Below are positions 24,668 to 33,798 of a stretch of 64,000 bases of DNA, in pieces. The first letter of the stretch is position 1, and every line of letters starts with the position of its first letter. Position numbers and translations under genes: made by a program. The stretch is from a virus: positions 1 to 64,000 of IMG/VR virus record IMGVR_UViG_3300021519_000007, one strand, 5' to 3'. The notes beneath the pieces were generated by a model. The model searched no databases and had not been told where the DNA came from. It was given only the letters and a program-made list of their open reading frames with translations.

Positions 24668-26962
24668 TTAATTACCGATTCCGATTGCGTCAACAATAGT
24701 TGATCCAATGCCAATCGCAGCGTTCACGGGATTCGGATTCTCTATATACTTAGATGTAAACGATGGGTCAATCAATTTCTTTGCATCCTTTGATAAATTA
24801 ATAGTAAGTTTAATATCACCCTTAGATTGTTGTCCAGGCTTCAACAGTTTGTTTTCAAGATCCTTTTGCTTTTTTGTGAGGAAATCCCAGGTTGTTCCCG
24901 CACTCCCCTTGTCGTTCCCTATTGCGTTTAGGTCTCTCTTAAAATTGTTGAGGTTACCGCCGGAGTCCTTTATGGCCGCTTCCAGGGTTGATATTTGATC
25001 AGCATATGTAGACGTTACTTCGCTGCTTGTGCCGGTCGTTAAGTTTATCTTTCTAGATCCGAGGACCGTTGGATCTGTTAAGAATTTTTTAGATTTTGCA
25101 TTCCTTGTAGCATTGTTCAGTGCGTCTTGTACAGCCTGGCCCTTGTTGTCGTTTCTTATTGTTGATGTTTTGGGACCGGTCTTAGAGGTTGCCGCGCTAG
25201 AGAACAGGGTCGCTAGCACACCCTCGTTTTGATAATCCCTTAAACCGACACTAACCAGGTTTCTCACATCGTCGGGCTCAAGACCATACAGATTCTTAAG
25301 CATTGATACCCTGTATGCAAATGCCGCATCAGTTTGCATTTTTTGATCAAATGTAGCAACGTCTTTGACATTGCCAATCTGCTGTTCAACCTGCTGAGCC
25401 GCCGTCTTCAGAAGCAATCCGGGATTGTTTCGAACAAGTATGAAAGGAACCTTATTTTGATTGGCTGCTATCATGTTGATGTTCATGTTACCACCCGATG
25501 AAATGTTCTGAAGGCCAGGCGTTTTAAATCCACCCGCATTAGCCGCGGCAAGGCCTTGCTGTGTTACCTGCAAAGACGTTCGAGCATTGAGGGGTTGTTG
25601 CTTTGCGGCCTCAACGGTGGCTTGAATAGAGTTTGCCATTTGTTCGAGGCTCATGCTGGAAGCGGCGGCCGCTTTGGGAAGTTCGTCTCTGAGTAGACGT
25701 GTAAGGTTTTCAAGTTCTTTTGTTGTCCCACCCTGTCTCATAAACTGTTCATAGAATGGTGCAAGAGTTCCTGCGCCTAACTGTGTGTTTGTCATCACAT
25801 CTGTCATCGAGCCATAATAGGCATCGTATGCCTTTTCGTGCCCCGGTCCGCCAAGCCCCATTCCTTCTACTGTTGCTCTTGCTGCAGCAGTTTGCTCAGG
25901 GCTCAAGCCCATACTAAATAATGAATCTACACGTGTCTGAAGGCTTCTACTAAGGCTTGTCTGATATCCCTGGCTAAATGGGTTGTAACTAAATCCGTAA
26001 CCAAGACCCGCTGCAGATCGAGCAGGATCGTAAAGAGTGCCCTTGGTGAATTTATAGGCTTCGATACCCGCATCGATGGCCATCCCGACTGGCCCTGCCA
26101 TTCTTGCTCCTGCCATCATGAGTTCGCCAGCACCAGCCGCCATCCCGGCAAATCCCTCTGCGGCCGGTGCTACCCTTGCTGCAACCGCCCTAACTGCTGG
26201 GTTTTTGCTTTCTTGTAGGGCGGCAAGACTTGAACCACCAGAAAACATTTTTCCCTTGAGCGTTGCAAGGTTTCTTTTTATATCCGCTTGCCCAAGATTC
26301 TCGTTTTGAAGATTTTCATGTGCTTTACGCTCCCTGGCTGTCCAACTGTCGTCCGGGGTAAGACCAAGCGCAACCTCTCTGGACGCATTGGGGTCCCCAT
26401 GCAGAATGGTTCTCTTCTCCGCTATACTTAAATTGTCATACGCCCCTTCTGCTGCATACGAATTAGAGAAAGCACCGTATAAAGCCTCGCCTACGTTGTA
26501 GACGGTCCCCGCTTTGCTTCCCCTTATGCTTCTCCCAATGCCCGAAAGGGCCGCACTTGTGCCACGACCTGTAGCAAACTGATAGTTTGTAAGCCTGTTG
26601 AAGACACCGCTCGCACCAGAGCCAGCACCACGAGAGCGGGAAATCTGTTCGTTGTACATTTCCTCCCAGCCAGCGGCACCAAATTTGTCTTGGGCCCATT
26701 TGTCTACGTCACCATCGTAACCTTCACTTCTGGCACGAAGCGTGTCTCGTGTTTTTGCGCTTGAGCGTGCCACAAAAGATGTTACCTGGTCTCCCGTACC
26801 AGCAATAAGCGATCGCGCATCTTGTGCCGTAGCACTTGTTTCGTTTTTATTTTCTTCAGACTTAATCCTGCCAAACTGAATTTCCGATATAAGCGCTCTA
26901 AGAAGTTGAGCCTCTAGGCTTTCATGAGGGCCCTTGGGAGGCACGTTGGAAGCATCAGCCAT
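24668..26962 (-). CDS. Tape measure protein
   Basis: Ala/Gly-rich helical 764-aa protein directly downstream of the frameshifted chaperone pair. Confidence 0.75.
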   Translation of the reverse strand: MADASNVPPKGPHESLEAQLLRALISEIQFGRIKSEENKNETSATAQDARSLIAGTGDQVTSFVARSSAKTRDTLRARSEGYDGDVDKWAQDKFGAAGWEEMYNEQISRSRGAGSGASGVFNRLTNYQFATGRGTSAALSGIGRSIRGSKAGTVYNVGEALYGAFSNSYAAEGAYDNLSIAEKRTILHGDPNASREVALGLTPDDSWTARERKAHENLQNENLGQADIKRNLATLKGKMFSGGSSLAALQESKNPAVRAVAARVAPAAEGFAGMAAGAGELMMAGARMAGPVGMAIDAGIEAYKFTKGTLYDPARSAAGLGYGFSYNPFSQGYQTSLSRSLQTRVDSLFSMGLSPEQTAAARATVEGMGLGGPGHEKAYDAYYGSMTDVMTNTQLGAGTLAPFYEQFMRQGGTTKELENLTRLLRDELPKAAAASSMSLEQMANSIQATVEAAKQQPLNARTSLQVTQQGLAAANAGGFKTPGLQNISSGGNMNINMIAANQNKVPFILVRNNPGLLLKTAAQQVEQQIGNVKDVATFDQKMQTDAAFAYRVSMLKNLYGLEPDDVRNLVSVGLRDYQNEGVLATLFSSAATSKTGPKTSTIRNDNKGQAVQDALNNATRNAKSKKFLTDPTVLGSRKINLTTGTSSEVTSTYADQISTLEAAIKDSGGNLNNFKRDLNAIGNDKGSAGTTWDFLTKKQKDLENKLLKPGQQSKGDIKLTINLSKDAKKLIDPSFTSKYIENPNPVNAAIGIGSTIVDAIGIGN

Positions 26963-26964
26963 TA

Positions 26965-27318
26965 TTACTCACCACTCTCTGTGTAAAAGCCGAACTGTTC
27001 GAGCGCTTCAAGCATGGTCTCCATGCTGTCCTCGGAAAATCCTGGATTTTCTGGATCGAACTCTTCGATTTCTTGGACATCAAAATCATCCTCGTGGTCT
27101 TCCTCGTTAAGGATTTGTCTCGCAGATTCTGGAAATGCAATTGCCGCCTGCATTTTGAATCTCATTGATTCTTTTCTTCTATCTTCGGTAATTTCTAATT
27201 TAATAATTTCCTGCATGGCGTAACGTTGGAGGTAATTTAAATCCCCAACGAGGAGGCCCTGTCTATCAAGAAGCCGGAGGAGGGCTAACCAGTAATCCGA
27301 CTTCTGTTTTATTTTCCC
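26965..27318 (-). CDS. Tail assembly chaperone, -1 frameshift extension (gpGT-like)
   Basis: The -1 frame from the GGGAAAA site is open (GKIKQKSDYWLALLRLLDRQGLLVGDLNYLQRYA) and joins track ORF 26965-27216 (MQEIIK...) in frame. Confidence 0.8.
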   Translation of the reverse strand, partial: GKIKQKSDYWLALLRLLDRQGLLVGDLNYLQRYAMQEIIKLEITEDRRKESMRFKMQAAIAFPESARQILNEEDHEDDFDVQEIEEFDPENPGFSEDSMETMLEALEQFGFYTESGE

Positions 27319-27800
27319 TGCAACTCCTGAAATGCGTTTATCTGTCTGTCAATCAAGATCAGATAGTGCTGGTATAGTTCGCTTATAATTATCCAATACC
27401 ATCTGTTTTTGATATATGAAAACTTTTGACGTATGTTGTTCTTTACGTCCGGCCCAAGGTTACGCATGAGCGGTCTGCCGTCGATTGTCTCAATAGAAGC
27501 AGCAACAGTGGCCGCCGCAAGGGCCTTGGCTTCCGCAATTCCGCCCTCATGCTCTTTACAAATCTCAGCGATTGCCAACTCCTCGCCAATTTTTAACGTG
27601 CGGATCACAAAAATATGACCCGCAAGTTCAACCTCTGCAGAAATTGAACCGTTGATCAACAAGTTTTCGATGTCTGTTCTTAAAGACGGCGTAACTTGCT
27701 CATCATTTTCAAATTCTTTTTCCTCATCCGTCGGAGAGGATTCATCTGTGTACTGATCGATAGAACTATCGAAGACTTCAGAGAAAATATCATTCTGCAT
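27309..27800 (-). CDS. Tail assembly chaperone (gpG-like)
   Basis: Lies between tube and tape measure; HIFVIRTLKIGEE...SIETIDG; ends in a slippery site. Confidence 0.8.
   Translation of the reverse strand: MQNDIFSEVFDSSIDQYTDESSPTDEEKEFENDEQVTPSLRTDIENLLINGSISAEVELAGHIFVIRTLKIGEELAIAEICKEHEGGIAEAKALAAATVAASIETIDGRPLMRNLGPDVKNNIRQKFSYIKNRWYWIIISELYQHYLILIDRQINAFQELQGK
27312..27318 (-). other. Programmed -1 ribosomal frameshift site G GGA AAA
   Basis: CAG GGA AAA TAA: an X XXY YYZ heptamer immediately before the stop, with an open -1 frame downstream. Confidence 0.85.
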
Positions 27801-27848
27801 GTTGCATCACCTTACTCTTTATGTTAGAGGTATAGAGCCCATGATAGC

Positions 27849-27876
27849 AAAAAAAGAGCCGCCATAAAGGCGGCCC
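27849..27876 (-). terminator. Intrinsic terminator after the tail tube gene
   Basis: GGGCCGCC-TTTAT-GGCGGCTC followed by T7. Confidence 0.85.
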
Positions 27877-27903
27877 TTTCCATATAACTATATTAATGTG
27901 ATG

Positions 27904-28521
27904 TTAAACGAATGAGCCGTAGTTACCCAGGCCGTAGTTGTTGAGAAGAGTACCAGCAGCGGGCTGGTCAGTATCGATACCAGGAGCATTGGTATTAGCA
28001 TCTGTTCTTGTTGCGTGTGTATATGCAATAGTGAGTTGCTTAACAATTTGCATTGTCGTGACATCGATCTGCTCACCATCATCAATCGAGGTGATAACGC
28101 AGTTGTGGTAGATCTCACCATATGGCTTTAGGTCCTTGTCACCCTGAAGGTCCTTTGGGGGAACGATGACCTTGACGGCCTCAATCGGCTCAGAGATTGA
28201 TGCAAGCGTAAAGAACACGTCCGCAAGATCATTTGGTCTCGAGTTCTTGCTGCCCGTTGCAACCTGGATGATTCTATCCCACACCTTAGAGTTGTAGAGT
28301 TCCAACATCGTAATGTCCAGGTAGCCCTCAGAGACGGCGCCAGGGGTGATGATCTGAAGAGGGTAGCGTGCATCCAGGGGTTGGATTGGGTATGGTCTAT
28401 TCACTGGCTGCGGTGAACGAACACTAACGTTCTGCGCAAAGGCAACCGGCTGCGACTTCCAATAAAAGGCCGTAAAGCCCGATCCGCCTACGCGGAATTT
28501 TTCACGATTAGTAAATGACAT
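27904..28521 (-). CDS. Tail tube protein
   Basis: Follows the sheath; RVGGSGFTAF...PIQPLD...YHNCVITSIDDGE...KQLTIAYTH resembles Bxz1-type tube proteins. Confidence 0.8.
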   Translation of the reverse strand: MSFTNREKFRVGGSGFTAFYWKSQPVAFAQNVSVRSPQPVNRPYPIQPLDARYPLQIITPGAVSEGYLDITMLELYNSKVWDRIIQVATGSKNSRPNDLADVFFTLASISEPIEAVKVIVPPKDLQGDKDLKPYGEIYHNCVITSIDDGEQIDVTTMQIVKQLTIAYTHATRTDANTNAPGIDTDQPAAGTLLNNYGLGNYGSFV

Positions 28522-28532
28522 AAATTAATTCC

Positions 28533-30590
28533 TTATTGGGCGTTGAAGGTTCCGGTGATTGTGTCGAGTGCTATTGCAACCTCGATGTTATTGATTGCAT
28601 ACGGTAGAGAGTATGAGAATCTAATTGTCATCGACGTTGCCGAGGTTGTGGAGATTGTCGCGGTAACTCCACTGTAGTTCGTGATTGCACCGCTGTTCTT
28701 GAGATACTCAAGAACCTTCGTGACCGATGTACCCACGATGAACGGAGCCCTTGCGTCTGTTAGGACACGACCAATGATATTCTCGTCAAGGGTCTTAGAG
28801 ATCGACTCAATCATGTAGAATTTAGAGCGCATAGCATTGAGTTCACGCTTGTTGTCGTCGTTGACAGCGGTAGTGATAGCATGTCGCACACGCACCACAC
28901 CGTTCTTGCTCTCGACAACCATGAGTCCAACTGTGGAGTCGTTGATCTTTTCTGCTTCGGTTCTGTACACAGCGACATCGTTGATGCCCGGGATAGATCT
29001 ACGCGTCACAGAACTCTGAACCGGGCTACCGGCCAGCATGCCAGCGATAGAAGCCGCAATGTACTGCCCACCGATAACGCTCATCTTGCCTGTGACAGGA
29101 TTGGAGATCTTAAATGCAGATGGGGAAACAAGAACCGTTCTTTCAGACAGAGCCTGTTGACTAAGGATCTTGGCGTGCTGCTGTAGCGTATCGTTTGACG
29201 CTTTGCCAGTTAGCGAGGTGCCGTCATTCGTTGAGTCCTCACCGAAGATGGCGATCACATATTCATTGTTCTGACTCATCTCATTGATGTGATCAACAAA
29301 CTTAATCTGGATTGCTGCGATTGTATCGTCCGTGATGTTGCTGTTTTGACCGACAGCAGGGACTAGTACGTTGATTGCGCCCTGATCTCTGAGCGCACCC
29401 AGCGTAACCGCCCAATGGTTCGGGTTGGACTCCGTGCCTTGGACGCGAACACCGTCAGCATCGGCCGCATAAAGGGCCTGAGCCACGATTTGGTTTGAGC
29501 CCGATCGGAAGCACATGTAGGCTGCTGCAGAAAGAGGGCTGATAACATTACCGTGAGAATCAAACGCCGGTCCAAACTTGTTCTCTAGTTCATGATAAGA
29601 AGAGAACAGCGTTGGGACATAGTAATTCGTATCGATATACTGGTATCCAACACGAACGTTGGCGGCGTTTCTGTCAAGACCTATCATTGTGGGTCCATCA
29701 ATATTACGCATCATTGTGAACGATGTCGCCGCCGCGGCTGACGGGGAAAACGAGAATTGAAAATCAACTCCCGGGTTTCCGTTTATGCCTGCCGTGAAAA
29801 CAGCGACATTGCTTGTTCCGGAGGAGAGATTAAGCGCATTGCATACGACAATTGAGTCGGTGTCAATACCGTCGACCTCGTGTAAAAGCGTCGCATAGGT
29901 CTGGCCTGTAAGAACAACAACCTCGTCGGTGTAGGTATTCAGCCCACCCGTGGTTGTGTAGGAAACATATACAGTTTGGCTCGACATTATGTGGCAATCG
30001 CCTGGATTTGCACCAAAGTCTGCTGCAGCACGGCGAATTCGACCGTTAGATAAATTAACTTCATAGTCTGTGCCGACCACATAGGCCCCAGCACGCTGAA
30101 TGGAAATGTTGGAACCGCTCGGTGCATCACCTGACGTAGAAATCGTTCCACCATTGCTGGGTGTAACAACCCCCGTCTCATTGTCATAAGAGAAAGAGAT
30201 ATCATTCGTGACAACACCAGATGGTGAAGTCGTCTTGATCACAGCAACAACGCTCTCCGTAGAGGAGATTGTGGTGTAGAGGCTTCTCCTAATAGATGTG
30301 ACGCCATTGACGTCCGTAGTTAGCGTGTAATCCTTATCCGAGCCTTGAGTATAAACCGTATTGAGTCTATTGATATCACGAACAACAAACGTGCTCGCAG
30401 GAGACGTCTTAATGTTTGTGCCAGTCAGTTCGACTGGGTCGCTGTCTAGCAGATATTTAATTTGATTTTGCTCTTGGTGTCCGCGAGCAAGTCCCACAAT
30501 GCCGACAACTGTCGGTTGATCAAGAACAGTAGCCGTATTTGGTGTGTCGACTTCTGTTACTAAAATTCCAGGTGTTTGATAACCAGCCAT
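28533..30590 (-). CDS. Tail sheath protein
   Basis: MAGYQTPGILVTE N-terminus; AASIAG...VRVRHAITT...ELNAMR...FSYSLPYAINNI C-terminal sheath domain. Confidence 0.9.
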   Translation of the reverse strand: MAGYQTPGILVTEVDTPNTATVLDQPTVVGIVGLARGHQEQNQIKYLLDSDPVELTGTNIKTSPASTFVVRDINRLNTVYTQGSDKDYTLTTDVNGVTSIRRSLYTTISSTESVVAVIKTTSPSGVVTNDISFSYDNETGVVTPSNGGTISTSGDAPSGSNISIQRAGAYVVGTDYEVNLSNGRIRRAAADFGANPGDCHIMSSQTVYVSYTTTGGLNTYTDEVVVLTGQTYATLLHEVDGIDTDSIVVCNALNLSSGTSNVAVFTAGINGNPGVDFQFSFSPSAAAATSFTMMRNIDGPTMIGLDRNAANVRVGYQYIDTNYYVPTLFSSYHELENKFGPAFDSHGNVISPLSAAAYMCFRSGSNQIVAQALYAADADGVRVQGTESNPNHWAVTLGALRDQGAINVLVPAVGQNSNITDDTIAAIQIKFVDHINEMSQNNEYVIAIFGEDSTNDGTSLTGKASNDTLQQHAKILSQQALSERTVLVSPSAFKISNPVTGKMSVIGGQYIAASIAGMLAGSPVQSSVTRRSIPGINDVAVYRTEAEKINDSTVGLMVVESKNGVVRVRHAITTAVNDDNKRELNAMRSKFYMIESISKTLDENIIGRVLTDARAPFIVGTSVTKVLEYLKNSGAITNYSGVTATISTTSATSMTIRFSYSLPYAINNIEVAIALDTITGTFNAQ

Positions 30591-30650
30591 TCGTTATGAT
30601 TTCTCCAATCAAAGATTATACGTTAGGAGTGGTTAGATTAATTGGTATCA

Positions 30651-31367
30651 CTATTTTTCAGTAGAAGATATAACGCCTCTACCTCTTACGTAGAAGGGAT
30701 CAAGCGTATTACTGCCAACGATTTCAAGAAGTTTCTCTTGCTCTCTTTCAAACGGCTGACCACCGTATACAATAATGTCTTCAACATAACTGACGACATC
30801 AGATTCTTTTAATGTATTGTAGAATCCACCGCTGCAGCCAACTGAGTATCCACTTTGATATATCAGCGCATCTTCCGAGTCCCACATCGTAGACATTGTC
30901 GTGTCTCCAAGCGGTGTCAGATAGTCTGATCGGAATGCAATCTGAGCGGAATCGGCAACATCGTCATAAACGATTTCAAAAAATCTATTAAGAAGCGCGT
31001 CAAGATGACCAAAGCCGAGCAGTTCCATTACGCTGTCCGTTAAAACATCTATGTCAAGTGGGCTTAGGGCAACACATTGTAGTTGTATTGAGCCCTCGAA
31101 TAGAAAATGTTTTGCGGGTATAGTAAGAAAATTGTCAGACTGCAGGTATTCGATATGACCCACGCCTGCACTTTTGACTGTGTTCTCGTTGTAGGAGATG
31201 ATAATCCCCGGGAACTGTTCTCTCTTCAGGGGGAAGTTTGTGGAAATGTAAAGGTTTTGAAGTTGGGGATCGGGATAGTTTTCCGAGAATACTGTCTTCA
31301 GCGCTGAGACAAGCGTTCGCTTTATCAGTCTCTTGTACTGTACTGCGGGTTCTGGTCGTAGAGCCAT
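30651..31367 (-). CDS. Tail terminator / completion protein
   Basis: FPLKREQFPGIIISY...FEGSIQLQCVALSPLDIDVLTD; immediately precedes the sheath. Confidence 0.65.
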   Translation of the reverse strand: MALRPEPAVQYKRLIKRTLVSALKTVFSENYPDPQLQNLYISTNFPLKREQFPGIIISYNENTVKSAGVGHIEYLQSDNFLTIPAKHFLFEGSIQLQCVALSPLDIDVLTDSVMELLGFGHLDALLNRFFEIVYDDVADSAQIAFRSDYLTPLGDTTMSTMWDSEDALIYQSGYSVGCSGGFYNTLKESDVVSYVEDIIVYGGQPFEREQEKLLEIVGSNTLDPFYVRGRGVISSTEK

Positions 31368-32737
31368 TATGTGTACTCTCCTTGCGCATCATTATAGTAC
31401 GGGTGACCGACAAGTGCCTTGGCATCAGAAGAACTAAAGGCTCCAGTATTTGAATTGGTAACCACAAACTGTGTTGATGTTGCACTGTATATTACGGCAT
31501 CTGCGATTTCCCACCAGAGAGAAGTTGTGGGGGTAACATCGTTTACCACAGTGACCTTCTGTCCAGCGGCAAACGTATTGTCCGCCGTATAGGTTATTCT
31601 TGTTCCATCCCCAGAGACATCTGTTACCGGCGTAAAGTATCTGGTCACGCCAATAAATAGACCTTCTGTCAAAACAATAGATTCGCCAGATATCGGCTGA
31701 ACGCCCATACCCATTGCTACACCCGAAAGATCTACACTTGAAGAGCCCTGGGAAAATCCGTCAAGCAGTGGCTGGTAATTGTAAAGTTCAATAGCGGATA
31801 TTGAATACTGGAATGCAGAAAAGACTGTTGAGAAGTCTGGAGCATTGATAACGTATGGGGTGGATTCTTCAAGCACCACACCGTGTCCAACCACAAAACC
31901 ATCACCCGATTGACCAAAGGGAGGATTCGCAATGAAATCGTACTGGACCGGGAAGTCGTCCTCGCCATAGGAAATTGCGGACCCTTCAGTCACACTAGAC
32001 TCAACAACACCCTCAGACACGTCGGCAAACATATAAGAACTTCCCGCTACAACAAAGAACTCATCCCATATAGCCTCGATTACTGTAACACCAATAATTA
32101 TTGTGTTATCTGGCGTATCAGCATTTATAGCGTACACATTAGAAACAGTTGAAGATGACAAGATTGTTCCTGAAAGACGGTGGATGCCACCCTCTCTCTT
32201 GGTTAATATGGACGCAACGCCTATAGATGTAGAATTGTCTTCCGCAGAGTATCTGTCTCGGTAAAGGACTCCTCCAATACCGAACAGAACAGTGGAGTTC
32301 GCCGGAGATATAAAATCGTCTTTCCATTCTGAAAAACTAATGCCGTAGACAAGGGCGCTTTCTTCCCCGTCTATACCCAGGAAAGATGAGACAGACGCCA
32401 TGCCTTCACCTACCGTGTCAAAATCCACAAACCCACTGTCCGCGGAGTTCGCTTCTGCAACACCAAGGACGGTGTCGAGGTCCTCAAAGGCCTTAAGAGC
32501 AACAAATTTTATTACACCCGTGCCCGATATAATTGATTCGTCTACCGCATCAAAAGTATCCAGGTCGACAATCTCAACAAAACCGGTAACCCTCCGGAAG
32601 GAGCCGCCACTCTCCTGGTCGGTGAAATCAATTGTTGCCACACCGACTACAGAATCAAAATCTTCTTTAAGATTGTATAAATCATTAGCACTAGGTCTAG
32701 CAACACCTATTGCGTATCTCTCTACATATGTGGGCAT
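31367..32737 (-). CDS. Acidic virion protein with cryptic 20-aa beta repeats
   Basis: Gly at residues 11, 32, 52, 72, 92, 112, 132, 153 and 173; small C-terminal beta-barrel (ITYTADNTFAAGQKVTV); located in the neck region. Confidence 0.6.
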   Translation of the reverse strand: MPTYVERYAIGVARPSANDLYNLKEDFDSVVGVATIDFTDQESGGSFRRVTGFVEIVDLDTFDAVDESIISGTGVIKFVALKAFEDLDTVLGVAEANSADSGFVDFDTVGEGMASVSSFLGIDGEESALVYGISFSEWKDDFISPANSTVLFGIGGVLYRDRYSAEDNSTSIGVASILTKREGGIHRLSGTILSSSTVSNVYAINADTPDNTIIIGVTVIEAIWDEFFVVAGSSYMFADVSEGVVESSVTEGSAISYGEDDFPVQYDFIANPPFGQSGDGFVVGHGVVLEESTPYVINAPDFSTVFSAFQYSISAIELYNYQPLLDGFSQGSSSVDLSGVAMGMGVQPISGESIVLTEGLFIGVTRYFTPVTDVSGDGTRITYTADNTFAAGQKVTVVNDVTPTTSLWWEIADAVIYSATSTQFVVTNSNTGAFSSSDAKALVGHPYYNDAQGEYT

Positions 32738-33798
32738 TATACGATACCGTATTCCACTTTGCCGGGCGAAACCTGATGCAGAACATTGTTGGGCGGCACC
32801 AGTGCCATTTCAAATTCCTGAGTGACAATGAAGCGCTTCTTGTCTCTGCCCCTCTTTCCCCAACCCCTGACCGTTCTTGGGCTTGTCTGCTTGGCCTGAT
32901 AGTAATCAAGAATGTTTTTAATCGAATATCCGTCGACTGCAACTTCAACAGCAATCAGTAGATCATTGTCTGCGAATATTGGGGTAAAGTACGAGAATGC
33001 TTTAGCATGCTCAACTCTAGTCAGAACGCCCCGCTCACCAATCTTGAATAGATCAATTGGCACATCGGGCTGCATCACGAGCGTCAACGTCGGTTCGGCA
33101 AACCCACCATACTTGGGGGCAACGATTGATGTTTCGTCGTAGGTATAATTGCCGTCCCCATCGAGAAACCTTTCTGGATCGTTCTCTACGGATACAAAAC
33201 CAATAGAAAAACAAACGGGACAATTGTTTCTAACCTGGCTGTAGGCGTCATCAAAACATGATGGGCACTTTTTAGCGACCCCCTTGTCGACATCATCAAG
33301 AGTATACATATGCCTATGAACCACTGATTGGCCATATCTGCGTAGCATGTCTCCAGTCTGACGCCGCAGTCTCTTGATCTCCTGGGGCGTTGAGGGTGGC
33401 CCAACGTTCTTCATATCCACGATGTGGGCACTACCCTTGGGCAGGGCTTCTATGAAACTGCTGCTACCGGCGGCATATAGAAGAGGCTGGCCAGTAACAA
33501 TGAAATCCTCAACAGCATAGACCTCGGGCGGGTTGCCACCGTCATCCCAGTAAATTGTATAACGACCAGTCGTTAGGGGGGATGTACCGGCCCAGGCATA
33601 TATGCCGCTACCCTCCGGCTTTTCATAGATCCCAATGGATGTGGGCTCAAGGAAGTAATCGCCGGTCGGCGTATCAATTATTGATATGCGAAAGGTGGGA
33701 GACCCCGACTCCCCACCCGTATATATGGAGTCAAACGTTGCCTCAAACGGGCTGTTAGGAGAGGCGTAGAGAATTCCACTGTTATAATAAGAGTCCAT
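32737..33798 (-). CDS. Head-to-tail connector (stopper-like) with Zn ribbon and N-terminal Ig-like domain
   Basis: CPSC...CPVCFSIGF...GGF motif; neck synteny. Confidence 0.55.
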   Translation of the reverse strand: MDSYYNSGILYASPNSPFEATFDSIYTGGESGSPTFRISIIDTPTGDYFLEPTSIGIYEKPEGSGIYAWAGTSPLTTGRYTIYWDDGGNPPEVYAVEDFIVTGQPLLYAAGSSSFIEALPKGSAHIVDMKNVGPPSTPQEIKRLRRQTGDMLRRYGQSVVHRHMYTLDDVDKGVAKKCPSCFDDAYSQVRNNCPVCFSIGFVSVENDPERFLDGDGNYTYDETSIVAPKYGGFAEPTLTLVMQPDVPIDLFKIGERGVLTRVEHAKAFSYFTPIFADNDLLIAVEVAVDGYSIKNILDYYQAKQTSPRTVRGWGKRGRDKKRFIVTQEFEMALVPPNNVLHQVSPGKVEYGIV

